Source of the DNA: Monocercomonoides exilis PA203
Lineage: Eukaryota; Protista; Preaxostyla
Reading direction: 5' to 3'
Assembly (NCBI GenBank): GCA_001643675.2
Contig: LSRY02000009.1
Coordinates: forward strand, 1,364,001-1,428,000
Length of the DNA stretch: 64,000 nt
Shown: in pieces, positions 63,701 through 64,000 of the stretch
Position numbering within the stretch: the first letter of the stretch is position 1
How the letters are laid out: every line of letters begins with the position of its first letter
Notes under the pieces: generated by a model
Told to the model about the DNA's origin: nothing
The model's input: only the letters and a program-made list of their open reading frames with translations
Database searches by the model: none
Made by a program: the position numbers and the translations under genes

Positions 63701-64000
63701 TTCTATCAGTTTTATTTTCCAACATGATCCACAGCAGCATTTGGAAAAGAGCGTGTTTGACGGAGGAAAGATGAGTTGAAGGCAGAGAGAGAGAGTTGGA
63801 TGAACTGTTGAGAGAGAGGAGAGGATGGCTCCATTGATAGCATTGCGAGAGCATTGGAAGAAAGAGAAAATGTTGCAAAAAGGATCAGGATAAGGGGACA
63901 AAGAAGAAGAAAAGAAATGCAAGTTTCTAAGCTGCCACGTAGCATTAAGTGCACTTTTGCAGTTATTCATGTTTTAGACAATGAAATTGTTCGGAGCATT

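Overview
AT-rich eukaryotic (protist) DNA with short GT-AG introns and the standard genetic code. The host gene families resemble those of the oxymonad Monocercomonoides (my inference, not searched). The window is mostly transposons and pseudogenes. (1) Three DIRS-type tyrosine-recombinase retrotransposons lie on the minus strand: a full-length family-B copy (31347-37388) with both ITRs and an ICR, and two near-identical family-A copies (2693-7210, 42474-46706) truncated at opposite ends. All carry gag, RT/RNase H, a Dam-like methyltransferase domain and YR. (2) An intron-containing Merlin (IS1595-like) transposon is nested inside another. (3) There is a decayed pogo-like DDE transposase. (4) Three diverged palindromic elements share nearly the same length (982-986 bp) and internal motif spacing. 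(5) There are 240-255 bp MITEs with 4-bp TSDs. (6) Fragments of expanded host families are present (Cys/Gly-rich beta-helix surface-like proteins and a helical-repeat family). The only clearly intact host gene is a GT25 glycosyltransferase. I found no rRNA, tRNA or CRISPR.
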